Of a DNA stretch of 64,000 bases, positions 63,411-64,000 are shown piece by piece. A program made the translations under genes and the position numbers. The stretch comes from Gemmatimonadales bacterium (lineage in GTDB: Bacteria; Gemmatimonadota; Gemmatimonadetes; Gemmatimonadales; GWC2-71-9): positions 96,001 through 160,000 of the forward strand of contig JBBQFH010000001.1 in the NCBI GenBank assembly GCA_038321865.1, in the 5' to 3' direction. Positions within the stretch are counted from its first letter, which is position 1. Each line of letters begins with the position of its first letter. The notes beneath the pieces were generated by a model. The model was not told the DNA's origin and ran no database searches. It saw only the letters and a list, made by a program, of their open reading frames with translations.

Positions 63411-64000
63411 ATGAGCCGCACCTTCCTGGCCCTGCTCCAGTTCGACGGCCGACGCTACGTCGGCTGGCAGCGGCAGCGGGTCGGAAGGTCGGTCCAGGGC
63501 GAAGTCGAAGCTGTTCTCGAGCAGCTCACCGGCCAGCCGATCGCCGTCACCGGCGCGGGCCGCACCGACGCCGGAGTTCACGCCGAAGCGCTCGGCGCGA
63601 GCTTCCAGCTCCCGGCGCGGTGGCAGCAGGCGGCCACCCGCCGCGCCATGAACGCCCTGCTGCCCGACGACTGCTGGGTCACGGCAGTCCATCGAATGCA
63701 CGACGGATTTCACGCGCGCCGGAGTGCGATCTCGCGGCGGTACCGGTATCTCGTCGGGACGGACGATGCATCCGCCTCGCCCTTTCGCCGCCACTTCGAA
63801 TGGTCGCTGCGCCGCCGACTGGATCTGTCCATGCTGCGAGATGCGGCGGCGGAGATCATCGGGGAGCACAGCTTTGAAGCATTCTCGGTCCGGGGCCAGG
63901 AGAAGGCGCACCATCGGTGCCGTCTCCACCAGGCGGAGTGGCGCGAACGGGTAGACGGACGCGGCGTCGAGTTCCGGGTGGAAGCGGACCGGTTCCTCCA
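63411..64000 (+). CDS. truA: tRNA pseudouridine(38-40) synthase TruA (partial, runs off the window)
   Basis: My translation from ATG 63411: FDGRRYVGWQRQ..SVQ..GAGRTDAGVHA..FHAR..RRYRY..ADRFL. Not in the supplied ORF track. Confidence 0.95.
   Translation, partial: MSRTFLALLQFDGRRYVGWQRQRVGRSVQGEVEAVLEQLTGQPIAVTGAGRTDAGVHAEALGASFQLPARWQQAATRRAMNALLPDDCWVTAVHRMHDGFHARRSAISRRYRYLVGTDDASASPFRRHFEWSLRRRLDLSMLRDAAAEIIGEHSFEAFSVRGQEKAHHRCRLHQAEWRERVDGRGVEFRVEADRFL

Overview
High-GC, gene-dense core chromosomal segment, about 63 CDS plus one tRNA-Leu(CAA). Gene content and order suggest Gemmatimonadota (inference only). I saw no mobile elements, CRISPR arrays or rRNA. Main blocks, in order: tRNA-Leu/DEAD helicase/MOSC/ArsC-like/ABC-F/MFS; ppa; an ECF sigma/anti-sigma/Spy-like trio; rplU-rpmA; RNase E/G; recQ; three tandem outer-membrane beta-barrels; a B12-dependent acyl-CoA mutase cluster (MeaB, IcmA-like, eRF1/Balon-like factor, IcmB-like, carboxyltransferase, TPPII-like S8 lipoprotein, split AtuA, crotonase); a predicted sigma54-driven GT4-deacetylase-flippase operon with its own two-component system and a divergent DedA; ptsN-aspS-phoH-HD-ybeY-CBSx2-mgtE-ABC1; rlmN; glycerate genes; and a long trpC-trpF-trpB-[HEAT]-[HD-GYP]-trpA-[MCP]-folK-panBCD-yqeK-LytR_C run separated from trpD by an antisense lexA; partial truA. 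Best candidates for new biology: (1) a HEAT-repeat protein and an HD-GYP protein that appear to share an unnamed N-terminal domain, inserted between trpB and trpA; (2) a candidate direct-repeat LexA operator (TTCGG-N6-TTCGG, two pairs) on a bidirectional lexA/trpC promoter; (3) a putative amino-sugar glycolipid operon with a readable -24/-12 promoter and enhancer; (4) an isobutyryl-CoA-mutase-type cluster interrupted by a GGQ-less eRF1 homologue. All calls come from reading motifs by eye. No database searches were run, and many start codons are best guesses.
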